Shown: one piece after another, positions 22,596 to 34,584 of the stretch
How the letters are laid out: each line of letters starts with the position of its first letter
Position numbering within the stretch: the first letter of the stretch is position 1
NCBI GenBank assembly: GCA_000004985.1
Contig: GG738882.1
Length of the DNA stretch: 64,000 bases
DNA from: Naegleria gruberi
Lineage: Eukaryota
Reading direction: 5' to 3' (one strand)
Made by a program: the position numbers and the translations under genes
The notes under the pieces: model-generated
What the model was told of the DNA's origin: nothing
Seen by the model: the letters and a program-made list of their open reading frames with translations, nothing else
The model's database searches: none

Positions 22596-23750
22596 ATGTC
22601 CACGCCAGCAGATTCTGTTACTCCCACCGATCATACAACTACAACAACATCAATGGAGGATGATCCACAAAATACAGTAGTAACATCAAATTCTCGTGAA
22701 CAGGAGGATAAAGCGATGGCTGCTTTGGATTTATTCGGAGATCATGATGGTGGTGTAACAAAAATAACAACAACAACAAGTGGTGATAATAATAATATGG
22801 CTGATGAAGATGATGACGATGATGATGATTTATCTGATGATGATGACGATGGAGTTACTTTTGTGACTAGTACAGAAACTGCAGCACAAGCAGCTACAAC
22901 AAAACCAACAGAAGTTACACAAATTGCTATCGGTGATTCTAAAAACAATGTTAAAAGTCAAGCTAACAAATCTGTGGATTCACAATCAATTAATGGAGAT
23001 CAATTTAAAGGAAGTGGTTATGTAGAACTTTTTCCACTCAAGATGAATGAAAATGTCTTCTTCAATGATTTACAAAATTATGAAGATAAACCTTGGAGAA
23101 AACCTGGAGCAGATATTACAGATTATTTTAATTATGGTTTTAATGAGGAAACATGGGAATTGTACATTCAAAAACAAAGAGAATTGAGAGGAGTTTATTC
23201 ATCAAATTCCGAAAGAAGTAAATATGAGTCGAGGGATCAAAGAGGTTCTTCTAGGGATCCTCGTTCATCAGGAAAGGACGATAGATCTGGAAGACCACCT
23301 GCCTCTCCTGTCAGTACAACTAGTAGCAATAGTGATGATAGACGATATGATAGAAGAGACGATGATAGATATGGAAGAAGATATGATAGAAGAGATGACA
23401 GAAGAGACGATAGAAGAGACGACAGGCCAAGAGACGATAAGAGAGACATTAAGAAAGATAATACCCCAACTAGAGATTCAGATTACAATGATAAGAAGAG
23501 ACCTATTTCATCTTTGGAAAGTCCAAAATCTTCTTCATCAAACAGAGATAGTAGGGATAGTAGGGACAGTAGAGATAGTAGAGACGGAAGAGACTCAAAG
23601 CCTTATGGAGGAAAAGATAGCTACTATGGTGGCGATAGAGGAAGAGGTGGATCAAGCAGTGGTGGACGAGGAGGAAGCTCTTATGGAGGTAGCTCAAGTA
23701 GTAGCAGTGGTGGCAATAGAGGAGGAGATCCTAAGAAACAAAAACGTTAA
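22596..23750 (+). CDS. FIP1: Pre-mRNA 3'-end processing factor Fip1
   Basis: [34 protein letters not shown] is almost identical to the conserved Fip1 motif ([33 protein letters not shown]). It has an acidic N-terminus and an RD/RS/RG-rich tail like FIP1L1. Confidence 0.9.
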   Translation: MSTPADSVTPTDHTTTTTSMEDDPQNTVVTSNSREQEDKAMAALDLFGDHDGGVTKITTTTSGDNNNMADEDDDDDDDLSDDDDDGVTFVTSTETAAQAATTKPTEVTQIAIGDSKNNVKSQANKSVDSQSINGDQFKGSGYVELFPLKMNENVFFNDLQNYEDKPWRKPGADITDYFNYGFNEETWELYIQKQRELRGVYSSNSERSKYESRDQRGSSRDPRSSGKDDRSGRPPASPVSTTSSNSDDRRYDRRDDDRYGRRYDRRDDRRDDRRDDRPRDDKRDIKKDNTPTRDSDYNDKKRPISSLESPKSSSSNRDSRDSRDSRDSRDGRDSKPYGGKDSYYGGDRGRGGSSSGGRGGSSYGGSSSSSSGGNRGGDPKKQKR

Positions 23751-23818
23751 ATTATTCTCAATAATTATTTTTCTAAGCTTTTGTAAAATTTAAAAAATTT
23801 AAAATTTCTTTTTATAAT

Positions 23819-25786
23819 TTATTTCTTTTTCTGCACAGATCCGAGTTTGGCCTTCAAACCTTCTACTGAACGTTTTGGAGTAGCACTTGGAGTAGCAGCC
23901 TTCTTTGGAGTTTGGGATTTCTTTGGAGTTTCTTGGGCAACTGGTTCAGCAACTTTTTCAACAACAGCTTCAGTCTTCTTTGGGGTTGATTCTACCTTCT
24001 TTGGTGTTTTCTTTGGGGTGACAGGTTGAGCTTCTTGCTTTTCTTCAACCTTCTTTGGAGTTTGTTGCTTCTTAGCTGACTTGGATTCTTCCTTAGTTTC
24101 AGTCTTCTTTGGTGTAGTTGGTTGTTCAACAACTTCCTTAACTTCAGCCTTCTTTGGAGTTGGAGCTGATTTCTTTGGAGTTGCTTCAGCCTTCTTTGGA
24201 GTTGATTCGGCCTTCTTTGGAGTAGCAGCTTCAGTTGACTTGGTACCCTTCTTTGGTGTTGATGGGACTTCCTTAACTGGTTCAACAGGAGCATCCTTAT
24301 TCTTCCATCTCTTTTCAGCTTTGAAAACTTTAGCCTTTTCCATATCAATATCAACATTTTCGTAAATCTTTACATAAATTGAACGGTTAGTGTGCAACAT
24401 GACCATTCTGATATCAGTTTGACACAATTGAGAGAATGCTTCCTTAGTTTCAGCATTATTTGACTTATTTTCCAAAAAGTGTGAAATATTTGCAAAAATA
24501 TCCTTTTCTTCCCATTCAGTACGAGCAATTCTGATTGTGAAATGTGAGTTACCTTGAGTGATGAATGCCTTTGAGTGAGTCAAGTCATTCTTAACCCAAT
24601 CAAGAACATTTTCAGATGTGACTGGACGGAAACCTTGCTTTCTCTTCTTGTATGAGTTGAACAATGCAGAAACTTTCTTGGAAAGGGTAGTATCACAAAA
24701 CAGTAAATCATATTGATTCAAAAAGTGCTTCTTTTCGTTGAATCTGTTGTATCTAGTATTTTCAAATGTGTTTCCGTTAAGATAAGTAGTACCAATATCA
24801 AGCATGACTTCAGAGAGTTTCATAACTTTGAGTTTTCCAATATATTCGGATTCTTTCAAGATATTTGTATATTGTTCATATTGGTCGTCTTGTACAATCA
24901 ACAACATTTGAAGAGATGAGAATGGAAGTTGTTCCTTAGAGAAGTTCAAAATTGGTTTCAAGAGAGGAACGTCAACTGGTGAGGAAATATTATGCAAGTA
25001 TGGATTCTTAAGATAAACTGAAATGAAGAATGTAAGACTAGGATCTTGGTCAGCAAACAAAAGTCCTTCTCCTGGTTCGGTAATAGATCTATCATATGAC
25101 TTGAGTTGTTTGATGGTTTCTATCACTTCACTCTTTTCCAATTGTATATGTTTAATAGATGATTGTCTACTTGCTTCAGCTTTTAAATTGTTAAATATTC
25201 CATAAAATTATAAATACTCACCAATAGCAACCTTGTAATATCCTGTTGTAATAAATTTGAATTGTTTACCAAATAATTTATCATCCATTCCAGTAAATGC
25301 TTTAATTGCTTGTGGTCTAGACAATGGTTTAGCAGAGTAAATTTCATCCTCGATTGGTTCTTGGTCATATTCATAATCAGGATCTTCCTCAATTTCATCA
25401 TTTCCAGTAGCAGCTCGTTTAAAATCAGGATCAGCATCATCTAAAAAGAATGTTGCGGTATTATTTTCATCATCAAAAGTTAATTCACTATCAATATAAT
25501 CTTTCATTGCTTGGTCAAAGCCAATTTCTTCATCTTCAAGTTTTTCCAAATCTTCCTTCTTCGGAATAAGTGGAACATTTAATTTTTGGTTGAATGGTTT
25601 CTTACTAGGCTTGATTTTATTCAAAATTCTGTGATAGTTTTCAATGTGATTCTTCTTTTTTTGAAATAAATCTTGCTTTTGTTCATCATTGGCTCCTTTC
25701 AAAGCCTCTTTAATTTGTTCCTTGTGGAGTTGATTAGTGGAGAGTGGTTTGGCGAGTGGAACTTTTGTTGGACGAGCTGAAGACAT
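23819..25786 (-). CDS. RSL1D1: Ribosomal L1 domain-containing protein (RSL1D1/Cic1-like) with lysine-rich TPKK-repeat tail; exons 25786..25222 and 25179..23819, intron 25180..25221 (42 nt, GTGAGT...TTAAAAG)
   Basis: The L1-like core (YDLLFCDTTLSKKV...FTIRIARTEWEEKDIFANISHFLE) parallels RSL1D1 (FDFFLTDARIRRLL...SAIRIGHVGMQIEHIIENI). ORF 25208..25786 ends at ...YYKVAIG|GTGAGT and joins, in phase 1, the frame of ORF 23819..25141. The tail carries about 15 repeats of (S/A/T)TPKK(A/T)E. Confidence 0.65.
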
Positions 25787-26051
25787 TTTTTTTTAAACGA
25801 ACCAAGAAATTTTTGTTCAAATTTTTTGCTGATTATTGAATGACACTCAAAATATTCATCATCAAGAAGAAGAATATTATCTTCATCAAATAATCTATCA
25901 CTCTCGGCACCAAATTCATACTGCTTGCAATAAAGTACTGTACAGTTTAATTGTTTCTTTGGGGATCACAGAATAGTCATTGATGCTGTGAATAGAATTT
26001 CAAGTCGATAAAGAGGGGGAATGAATTGATAGAATTCAAAAGGAAGAAAAA

Positions 26052-28433
26052 ATGCTAGATAGAGAACAACTTGTTTTCAATGTTGATGTTGCTTTTATTG
26101 TGCAGAGTTTTCTGAATGATTCGGATCGAAGAAATTGTGAACAGGTTTCTATTAATTTTCATCGTGCTTGTAATACTTTGGAGAGATTGGAGTTTAGGGA
26201 CCGATTGCAAAATGTTGAACTGAATTTGATCAGAGAGAAATTTGATAAATCATCAATTGCCTCGTCTCCAAAAAGAGTTTTTTCATCAGCAGAAGAAGTT
26301 TTCAATGAAGATATTGAAATGGAAATTGAAGCTTTTGAGAGAAAGCATATCAAGATTCCATTTCATTTGAAAGAGTATTTGAGAATGTCAGTTCATTTAG
26401 ATCCCTATTTAATTTTGGACATTCTGAAGGAATATGTATTTATGCATCCATTGACAGTTTTGTGTCCTTTGAGCGATTGGATTGTCATTAGGGAAGGGGA
26501 AGAATATTTGATTGGGGAGTTTTCTAATTCAAGTGGAAGAGAAAGTTTCATATTTACTTTGAATCAAAAGCAAAATGGAAAATGCTCAATATTCATGACC
26601 ATTACAAAAAATAACAATTTTGGATATGATCAGATTATTTCTTACACCACCAAAAAACGAGTTGAGATTGGTACATTGAAGAGATGGTTCAATAATTATG
26701 GATTTGGATGGTTTGTGAATAGGAACATCTTTCACTACTCTTTCCATAACTCCTTACAAAGAAATCATTTGGATTTGTTCCAAATTTCCAGGAATACCAC
26801 ATCAAGTTTCAACTCTCAACACATCTACAACTTGATCAAAAATTACAAATTTGTCTTTCCAGGTGCGCTTATGGAGAAATATAGCATCGACTTGTTGAGA
26901 GAAGGTCTAATAACTTTGAAACAACTAAAGGAAAATCTTAGAAAAGATCCAAGAATAATCGATATGGCAGTGAGATGCAACGGATTGAATTTGGAGTTTG
27001 TTGGAAAGGAATACCACAGAAATGAGGAAATGGTTCGAAAGGCTATCTCACAAAATGGATTGGCCTTAAAGTTTGCATCCAAGTCTGTACGAATGAATAA
27101 GGATATTGTGGAGATGGCATATAGACAAAACAAATATGCACTTAAATATTCATTGCTATCACCTAAGGAGGATTCAAAAACAATTTCAGATAGATTCCTG
27201 AAATACTTTTCCTTCAATCAAGATCCTAACTGTGAAATAGAAACTTTATTCCCCAACAATGACTATCTTTTGAGATGTATCTATGGATTTGGATTGGAAT
27301 ATTTTTCTCAATATCAAGTTGATATGATCAAAAGATGTCAGAGAGAGGACAACACTGCTCAAAATATTCTATTCCAAGCACCTTCTGTCGGTAAAACATT
27401 GGCTTCATTAATTGTAGCTTTGGAACGTATACAAAAGTTTAAATCTATATTGGGAAGTGGAATTCACTGCTTGATTCTATGCCCTAATAGAGAACTTGTT
27501 ATCAAAGTTGCCAGATTATTTAGCAGCTTATTAATGTGGAATGATATTAATATCATAACGGCCCATGGAGGTCACATTGAAAAGTTATATTTTTATAATT
27601 ATGAAACGTACATGCCATGTACTCCAATGGAAGTTGATTTCAGTAGAAAAACTGAGACATCCCCCAACCCTAGTATTCTTATTGGAACACCAGGTAGATT
27701 AGCACTTGATGATTTAAGAAGTGGAATGTTTGAACTAAACAAAGTCCATACAATAATATATGAGGAAGCTGATACCTTACTGAGCGGAGAATACGATTCA
27801 CTTACACATATTATGAGAGAAATTGAAGAGTACAATCCAAATTGTAAACTAATGAATATCGTATTGTGTCAAACTCTCACAGAAAGAATGTACTTTAAGA
27901 TGAACACTACATTCAATCAAAATCTGGAATATTTCTATAAGGAGGAAAAGTTTGCATTTTTGAAACCACTATCACTATTGAGGGGTTTTATAGACCATGA
28001 AATTGTTTCAGTAGAAGACTTGAGTGATACTGAGGTCCACAATCTCAAGTTAGATCTCTTAAAAAAGAATGGGGATGAGATTCCATTACTTGTTGCGTTT
28101 GGAAATAGAAGATCCATTGAAAGGTATATTGATGGAAATCAATCCATATTAATTTCAATACTACACTCTGACATGGAGCAACGGGATAGAGAGCTAGTAT
28201 GGAAGGAAGCTAACGAATTGACGTGTCAAGTGTTGTCCACAACAGATATCAACAGTAACGCCATGTTGCTTACAAGAGAAATCCATACAGTGTTTCAATT
28301 TGATTTTCCATCCTCAGAAGAAATATTCATCAAAAGAATTAGATATGCCCTTTTTAGAGAAAACAAGATGAAAGTAATAACATTTGTAAACTCTAAAAAA
28401 CAAGAGAGGAGAATCCTCAAGTGGCTTCGATAA
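26052..28433 (+). CDS. DUF4116-repeat protein fused to a degenerate DEAD-box-like helicase core
   Basis: Residues about 300-380 contain tandem 'NGLNLEFVGKEYHRNEEMVRKAISQNGLALKFASKSVRMNKDIVEMAYRQNKYALKY' repeats, which are DUF4116-like. The C-terminal half has APSVGKTLA (motif I-like), PNRELV (PTRELA-like), TPGRL, and EEAD in place of DEAD. The N-terminus is F-box-like. Confidence 0.5.
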   Translation: MLDREQLVFNVDVAFIVQSFLNDSDRRNCEQVSINFHRACNTLERLEFRDRLQNVELNLIREKFDKSSIASSPKRVFSSAEEVFNEDIEMEIEAFERKHIKIPFHLKEYLRMSVHLDPYLILDILKEYVFMHPLTVLCPLSDWIVIREGEEYLIGEFSNSSGRESFIFTLNQKQNGKCSIFMTITKNNNFGYDQIISYTTKKRVEIGTLKRWFNNYGFGWFVNRNIFHYSFHNSLQRNHLDLFQISRNTTSSFNSQHIYNLIKNYKFVFPGALMEKYSIDLLREGLITLKQLKENLRKDPRIIDMAVRCNGLNLEFVGKEYHRNEEMVRKAISQNGLALKFASKSVRMNKDIVEMAYRQNKYALKYSLLSPKEDSKTISDRFLKYFSFNQDPNCEIETLFPNNDYLLRCIYGFGLEYFSQYQVDMIKRCQREDNTAQNILFQAPSVGKTLASLIVALERIQKFKSILGSGIHCLILCPNRELVIKVARLFSSLLMWNDINIITAHGGHIEKLYFYNYETYMPCTPMEVDFSRKTETSPNPSILIGTPGRLALDDLRSGMFELNKVHTIIYEEADTLLSGEYDSLTHIMREIEEYNPNCKLMNIVLCQTLTERMYFKMNTTFNQNLEYFYKEEKFAFLKPLSLLRGFIDHEIVSVEDLSDTEVHNLKLDLLKKNGDEIPLLVAFGNRRSIERYIDGNQSILISILHSDMEQRDRELVWKEANELTCQVLSTTDINSNAMLLTREIHTVFQFDFPSSEEIFIKRIRYALFRENKMKVITFVNSKKQERRILKWLR

Positions 28434-28658
28434 ATGAATAGTATTTCACCAATATATCACAAGATATTCTCAATAACACCAGACCAATATGGTCACACCA
28501 AAATAGAGTCATTCACAGCATAATGTTGTAAACAATGTCTTCAATAATTAATACTACATTAATACAACTGTGTATTATCTTCTCTCTCTCAATAGAGTTT
28601 CAAAAAAATAACCTCACATATTTGCTTGTGTAAGCGCAAACCCCAAATTTACCTTAAT

Positions 28659-29358
28659 ATGCCCCCAAAGAAAGATAAAGCACCTGAATTGCCTATTGTT
28701 GTGATGGGTTCGGGTGCAGTTGGAAAAAGCTGTTTGGTATGTATTCAAGAGTGTATGCATAAATTATTTAACATTGAGTGATGGTTGCTGTTACATTGTT
28801 ATGAATGAAAATAGGCTGTACAATATCAACATTCGATATTTGAGGAACATGACTATGATCCAACAATAGAAGATAATCATCGTAAGGAAGAAGAATTAGC
28901 TGACGGAAGAACATACTGTTTAAATATAAGAGACACAGCAGGAGAGCCTGAATTTATTGGATGTAGGTTTTATTTGTGTGCTTTGAGGAATTAACAATTA
29001 TTTCAAAGTGTTGGAGAATGCAATCGAGGAAGGAGAGGGTTTTATGATTGTATATAGTATTATTGATAAACGTTCCTTTGAGGAAGTTGTTGGATTTATG
29101 GAATTGATCCAGAAAAAGAAAGGTGGAGAGGAAGTGCCAATTATGTTAGTCGGAAATAAGTGTGATTGTGAATCAGAGAGAGTAACAACTACAGAACAAG
29201 GACAATCTCTGGCTAAACATTATGGAATTACCTTCTTTGAAACCAGTGCAAAGACTGGAGAACAAGTTAAGGCTTGTTTCATTTCTATTGCTGAAAGAGT
29301 CAAGGAAAGTATGCTTAAGAGTGGAAAAATCAAGGATAAGAATTGTACTCTAATGTAA
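28659..29358 (+). CDS. Ras/Rap-family small GTPase with C-terminal CAAX box (CTLM); exons 28659..28736, 28815..28962, 29009..29358
   Basis: G1 GSGAVGKS, effector YDPTIEDNHRK, G3 DTAGEPE, and NKCDC / ETSAK motifs. Introns 28737..28814 (78 nt, GTATGT...AAAATAG) and 28963..29008 (46 nt, GTAGGT...TTCAAAG). About 191 aa. Confidence 0.75.
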
Positions 29359-30063
29359 TTAAAATAACCATAATAACAAACTCTAGTTTTTACTGTCTCT
29401 GAATGTTTCTTTCCGTTTAAACTGAAAGGATCATTATTGCAAAAACTGAAAGATTGTTTCATTCCTTGCCATCAACACGTTCCATTTGTTCATCTCAATC
29501 TATTTCAAATCTTTAGTTTGTGTCAAAGCATATTTAATTTATTCGAAATGATACACCATAAGATTGAATCCAACCATAAGGTTGCTTCCTTCAACGAAGA
29601 TTGAAACTGTTTGTAGTATTTCAACAACGAATACTTATTCTCTATAGTCTCCTCTTGTAGTAAAAAACTGAAACAAACTATTGAACTTCTGTACAACCTT
29701 AATATGAGTTGACCTTTTGTTGAAATGATCTATGATCTTTGCAATCCATTTGTGTTAATATTTTCCAAGAGCGCAAACCATGTGTGATTGTTGATTTCAT
29801 CTGCAAAAATTTTACAGCAACAACAACCACGACAATTGTTGTATCAAAATTGATTGGTCTTCCATTGGCACTCACTTTGGAAGTGTTTTGTATGGTTTTG
29901 CATTGATTATTAAACAATACACATCAACAATAATCATTGTTTTGGAATTTTATACATTGAATATATTGTATTGCATTATTGACAAAAACTATAATAACGG
30001 AACAAAATTCAACTTCATCTATTAACGTAATTCGAGAGAATATATTAAAACATTTTCATCATT

Positions 30064-32805
30064 ATGAATACAGCTGCAGGAAGTGTCGTATTGGATAATA
30101 ATTCCATCACAGGAGGAATACCTGCAGGAAGTAATTATGAAAATGCTTCATCTCATCATGGAGGAGCATTAACAACAACAACAGATGAACCAGTACTAAA
30201 TGAAACTCATCATCACACCAATAACAATCATCGGAAGAGTCAGAGTTTTGGAGGAACACCAATTACAATAGTGCCACCAACCATTCTGACTAAACCTAGC
30301 AATAAGAGGGATATTACAACAACTCCTGTTGATGGTCAGGAATTAGACGAATTAGACGATGATAATACTGTTTCAGGTGTTGCACCTGGTGCAGACACTA
30401 GCAAACATGCCTATTGTACTCCTAGAAGAGCTATTGTGAATTGTCAAAACTTGGAAGTAATTTCAGAAAAACTAAAGAATCGTAAATTGAGAATTTGTGT
30501 ATATATTAAGGAAAGAGTTTATAAGAGAAGAAAGACATTGAAATCCTCAATTATAGATGTACCAACTTTGAAGAATCAGGCAAATATAGCTGCCGATCAA
30601 TCACTACAAGTGCCACTGAATAACATTTCCTTCAAACTGAAATATTCACATCACTTTAAAAAGAAGATTGACATTTTGAGAATTTCTCTACAATCAGCCA
30701 AGAAAAAGGGTGATTCTTTTAAAACTATTTCAATAGTTTCTATTAATTTATTACACGTTTTGCAGAGACCTTTTGATGAAACTGTTTCCTTCCTCATCAA
30801 AAAGAAAAAGAAGAAGCAAGGAAAAGAGGAAGGAGGTGAAAACAGTCCCAATCAAAATAATTTAAACAATACCCCAAATCATACACTCTTCAATACTAAT
30901 AGTGCCATTTTACATTACTTGTCAAGTGACGATGAAGATGAAGAAAAAGAAAGATATCACAACCACCAAACACATCAAACTTCTCAAAATCTAGATCCTG
31001 TTGCTAATCTAAAGGTTTCTATTCAAACTTTGCCAATATCATTGACAGAGGAAAGAAAAAAGAAAAAGAAATTCCCATTCTTGGGAAAGAAGGAAAGCAC
31101 AAATCCAAATGGTATTGTGCCAGTTATGGAATCGTATGAATATGATTTTACAGATGATGATGATGAAACAGATGATGATAGTGATATTGAGTATGAGTAT
31201 GCAACTGGTTTACAACCAGGCACTGATATTCCAGCATCACCAATTAATAATCCAATTTCTTCTCCAATGGCCGATAAATCAAGTATACTGAAAGAGGATA
31301 AAACTCTAAAAGCAGTGATTGGAATCAAAGACAATATTATGAAAAAGTGGAAATCATTCAAAAAGAAAGGACATCATAATGACTCTGATCATGAACCAAC
31401 ATCACCCAGAGGTGCAGCTGCAAGCTCTGAAAACCCAACACAAATTACCATCAAAATTGATAGAATTCCAATACAAGAACAACTCAAGGAGCTTTTATCC
31501 AACAAGACAATTGTAAAGAAAATTATATTAATTAATGGCAGTTTTAGAAGAGGACAAAGGATTTGGAGCTTTTTGAAACGAACTGGTGGATTATATTCAA
31601 AAGATATTTTATGTACATATTCATGTGAAGATGTAGCTTTGGCTATTAACAAGATATTTGAAAGCAATGCAGAGAGAAGGTATGTCAGTGACCAAGAAAA
31701 TAATGAAACAAAAATTGTTATTCTTGGTAACGATGCCTATGTAAATGATGTTTTAAGAGCATGTCTTACATTGACAACAGATGAAAAGGTTTGGAATCAA
31801 ATTCTCTTCTACCTGGTTCCAATACCTTCTAAGAAAGGAGAGGAGGTTCTCCACCGATCAAGGAATGAAGTTTCTAATTACCTGTATGCTAAATGCACCA
31901 AATATGCCCAACTTTTCTCAACAGATGACTGGAGAAGAGCTCTCTGCTATTCAGTTGATGTAGAGGATTATGTAGAACATGTTTTATTTGAGTATTTGGA
32001 GAATGCTAGTCGTTTTGTTACGATAGAAATTTCACAAGTAATTTTAATGAGCGATTTGTCGACCCCAAACGCCTATCTTTATCCTCACACCAGTCGAGTA
32101 ATTGATTCAGAGACAGCACCATCTTCTCCATCTGAATTGATTCTCAACCAACAGTGTATTGTACCATTACTAAATAATATTCACATCATGAATGAACACC
32201 ATGAACAAAAAAAGAAGAATATTCTCCTAAAACTAGTTCAAAATCTCAATAAGGAAGATGAAAAGGATCCAAAAGAAAAATCCCACAAGAAGGAGATTAT
32301 TGATAAGTCCAACAATCCACCTTCAGCTGCTCAAGTTTTATCTACAAGTCCCCAAATTTCTAATTTACAAAAGAGATTGAGTGTGGAAAATGATGAAGAT
32401 TCATCAGATGAAGGAGAGGATGGTAAACTTGAAAAAGTTCCATCTCTGGAAGTTAAAATTGACTATTGGGATGCTAGTCTCGAAGATAAAAGCAAATGCA
32501 CAACCAAACATTCCTTCTCTCACGTCGAAATATTCAAGTTGCCATCCACAGACCTTCCTGATGAATTCCAACCAAAACCAGAAACCTTTACTCTTTCCAC
32601 CAGCAAACCTAAAAAGAAAAAGAAACAACCAAACGAGGAAATTGAAAGAAAATGCAATCTTACCAAAGTAATTTGTAAAGTAGAAAAAAAGAAGCAAACA
32701 GCAAGAGCAGTCATTGATGGTGTAGAATGGTCGAATGTTAAGGTTATTTCAGTAACTCCCAAATGGGTTAACAATTTGAGTTTCAAAGTAGCATCCTTCA
32801 AATAA
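30064..32805 (+). CDS. PACS: Phosphofurin acidic cluster sorting protein (PACS)-like
   Basis: Conserved C-terminal blocks: ILINGSFRRGQRIWSFLK (PACS ILVNTSDWQGQFLSDVLQ), KIVILGNDAYVNDVLRACLTLTTDEKVWNQILFYLVPIPS ([42 protein letters not shown]), and AVIDGVEWSNVKV (VLIDGVECSDVKF). Acidic cluster DDDDETDDDSDIEYEY. 913 aa, uninterrupted. Confidence 0.65.
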   Translation: MNTAAGSVVLDNNSITGGIPAGSNYENASSHHGGALTTTTDEPVLNETHHHTNNNHRKSQSFGGTPITIVPPTILTKPSNKRDITTTPVDGQELDELDDDNTVSGVAPGADTSKHAYCTPRRAIVNCQNLEVISEKLKNRKLRICVYIKERVYKRRKTLKSSIIDVPTLKNQANIAADQSLQVPLNNISFKLKYSHHFKKKIDILRISLQSAKKKGDSFKTISIVSINLLHVLQRPFDETVSFLIKKKKKKQGKEEGGENSPNQNNLNNTPNHTLFNTNSAILHYLSSDDEDEEKERYHNHQTHQTSQNLDPVANLKVSIQTLPISLTEERKKKKKFPFLGKKESTNPNGIVPVMESYEYDFTDDDDETDDDSDIEYEYATGLQPGTDIPASPINNPISSPMADKSSILKEDKTLKAVIGIKDNIMKKWKSFKKKGHHNDSDHEPTSPRGAAASSENPTQITIKIDRIPIQEQLKELLSNKTIVKKIILINGSFRRGQRIWSFLKRTGGLYSKDILCTYSCEDVALAINKIFESNAERRYVSDQENNETKIVILGNDAYVNDVLRACLTLTTDEKVWNQILFYLVPIPSKKGEEVLHRSRNEVSNYLYAKCTKYAQLFSTDDWRRALCYSVDVEDYVEHVLFEYLENASRFVTIEISQVILMSDLSTPNAYLYPHTSRVIDSETAPSSPSELILNQQCIVPLLNNIHIMNEHHEQKKKNILLKLVQNLNKEDEKDPKEKSHKKEIIDKSNNPPSAAQVLSTSPQISNLQKRLSVENDEDSSDEGEDGKLEKVPSLEVKIDYWDASLEDKSKCTTKHSFSHVEIFKLPSTDLPDEFQPKPETFTLSTSKPKKKKKQPNEEIERKCNLTKVICKVEKKKQTARAVIDGVEWSNVKVISVTPKWVNNLSFKVASFK

Positions 32806-32966
32806 ACCATATGAACCAACAACTCTCATATTACAAAGCAATCACATGTAGCCACTGTATCTGCATTGTATTATAGCTCCTTAGATTTTTTGTAAATGAA
32901 ATCTATTTTGAAACGTTATTCATCTCTCCCTCCATTTTCAATCTTTTAAGAATACAAAGGAAAAAA

Positions 32967-34428
32967 ATGCAAAACAACTCAACAATGGTAGATAAACGAT
33001 TATCGTTTTCATCATCACCATCATTGAATTCAATAATACCAATAGGTAACGCCAATAATCACCACCATCATCGAAATAATCACTACTTTTTTGGGAGTAA
33101 TTTACAAGGACAATTGGGATCATGTGCCAATCATCGATTATCAAATAATAATGGATCGAATTATTCGAGTTTACTTGTTGATGATTTGATTAAAACATTA
33201 CCAATTACACAAATTGCTTGCGGATCACACCATACAGTAATATTGACAGAGAGGAATGATTTGTATGTAAGCGGAAGAAATGTCAATCATCAATTGGGAA
33301 TACCAAATGATATTGATGAGTCGATTGAAGTTGTTTCACCAAATTCTGGACAATCCATAGTTTCAAATTCATATATTCGAGATTTTAAAAGAGTATCCTT
33401 CGGAAAGAAGATTAAAAAGATTGCTTGTTCGAGTGATCAGACATTTCTAGTCACAAGGGATGATGAAATTTATTATTGTGGAGGAAGTCAACCTGTAAGG
33501 GATCCGTTTGCTGTAAATACTTGTCAAGAAATTTCAATGATTAATCCTTTGAAATCTTGGAATGATCTTAATCAGAAAGTTGACATTTTTGTAACGAGTT
33601 GCTTTACTAGCTGTTTTGTACTTGTATCGAGAGAAGGTAATATTTATGTGAGTGGATCACAGAATGCATTCAATTCTGGAATGTTGGGTGTTGGAAATGT
33701 TGATTATACAAGAGGTAAATTCCATCGTGTGACACTTCCTAACACTCAATCAAAACCAAAAATTGTTGCCCTTGGATCCCAACATTCAATTATTGTAACT
33801 GAGAAAAATGAGTTTTATTGGTATGTGTATTGGAATATATTGAATATGTATTTAATCATCTCATTATAGTTCTGGATCTAATATGAATTATCAATTGGGT
33901 TTTCAGACATCATGTGGAAAACAAATCCATTTTGTAAAGCCAAAGAATATTCCTTTCAATGGAAAGAGAATTGAACAAGTGGCTTGTGGAGCTGATTTTA
34001 CATTTGTATTAACGGAGGGAAATCTTTTGTTTGGATGTGGAAATGGTGTGAGTGGATCGCTTGGAATTGGATCTAGTGAGAGAATTAACTTTTTCACCAG
34101 AATTTCCATTCCATTCAAAATCAAACACTTATCATGTGGTGAGGATTTTACAATTATCATGGCTACCAATGGTATGTGTTTCAGGAGTGGAAATAACAAA
34201 CTTGGCCAAATTGGATTGAAAAACACACCAACCCATCCTGTGGAAAAGGTTTGCAAATTTGAACCACTCTATGTGGACGATGGAATTGAGGACATAGTAT
34301 GCGGTGTAGCCCATACTTTCCTCTACAAGTCATCAGAATCTTGCTTTAATAGATATCTCCCTTACTATTCAGATATTAATCCACTCAATTGCCAACAAGC
34401 CCCATTTTGGGATGTAATTTTATGCTAA
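32967..34428 (+). CDS. RCC1-repeat protein; exons 32967..33820 and 33870..34428, intron 33821..33869 (49 nt, GTATGT...ATTATAG)
   Basis: Repeated motifs GSNLQGQLG / ACGSHHTVIL / SGRNVNHQLG / ACGADFTFVLTEGNLLFGCGNGVSGSLG. The phase-2 splice joins the two ORFs (...EFYC|SGSNMNYQLGF...). Confidence 0.65.
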
Positions 34429-34584
34429 CTTTGTAAATATTGAACTAACTTGTAAAATAATACTATTAAATAATCATGTATGATATTATATTTGATAATA
34501 CTTTAAATAAGCTTAAAATGAATAATACTAATCAAATAATTTGAATAAATAATTTTTTGAAATTTTAATAAATGGAAAAAAAAT

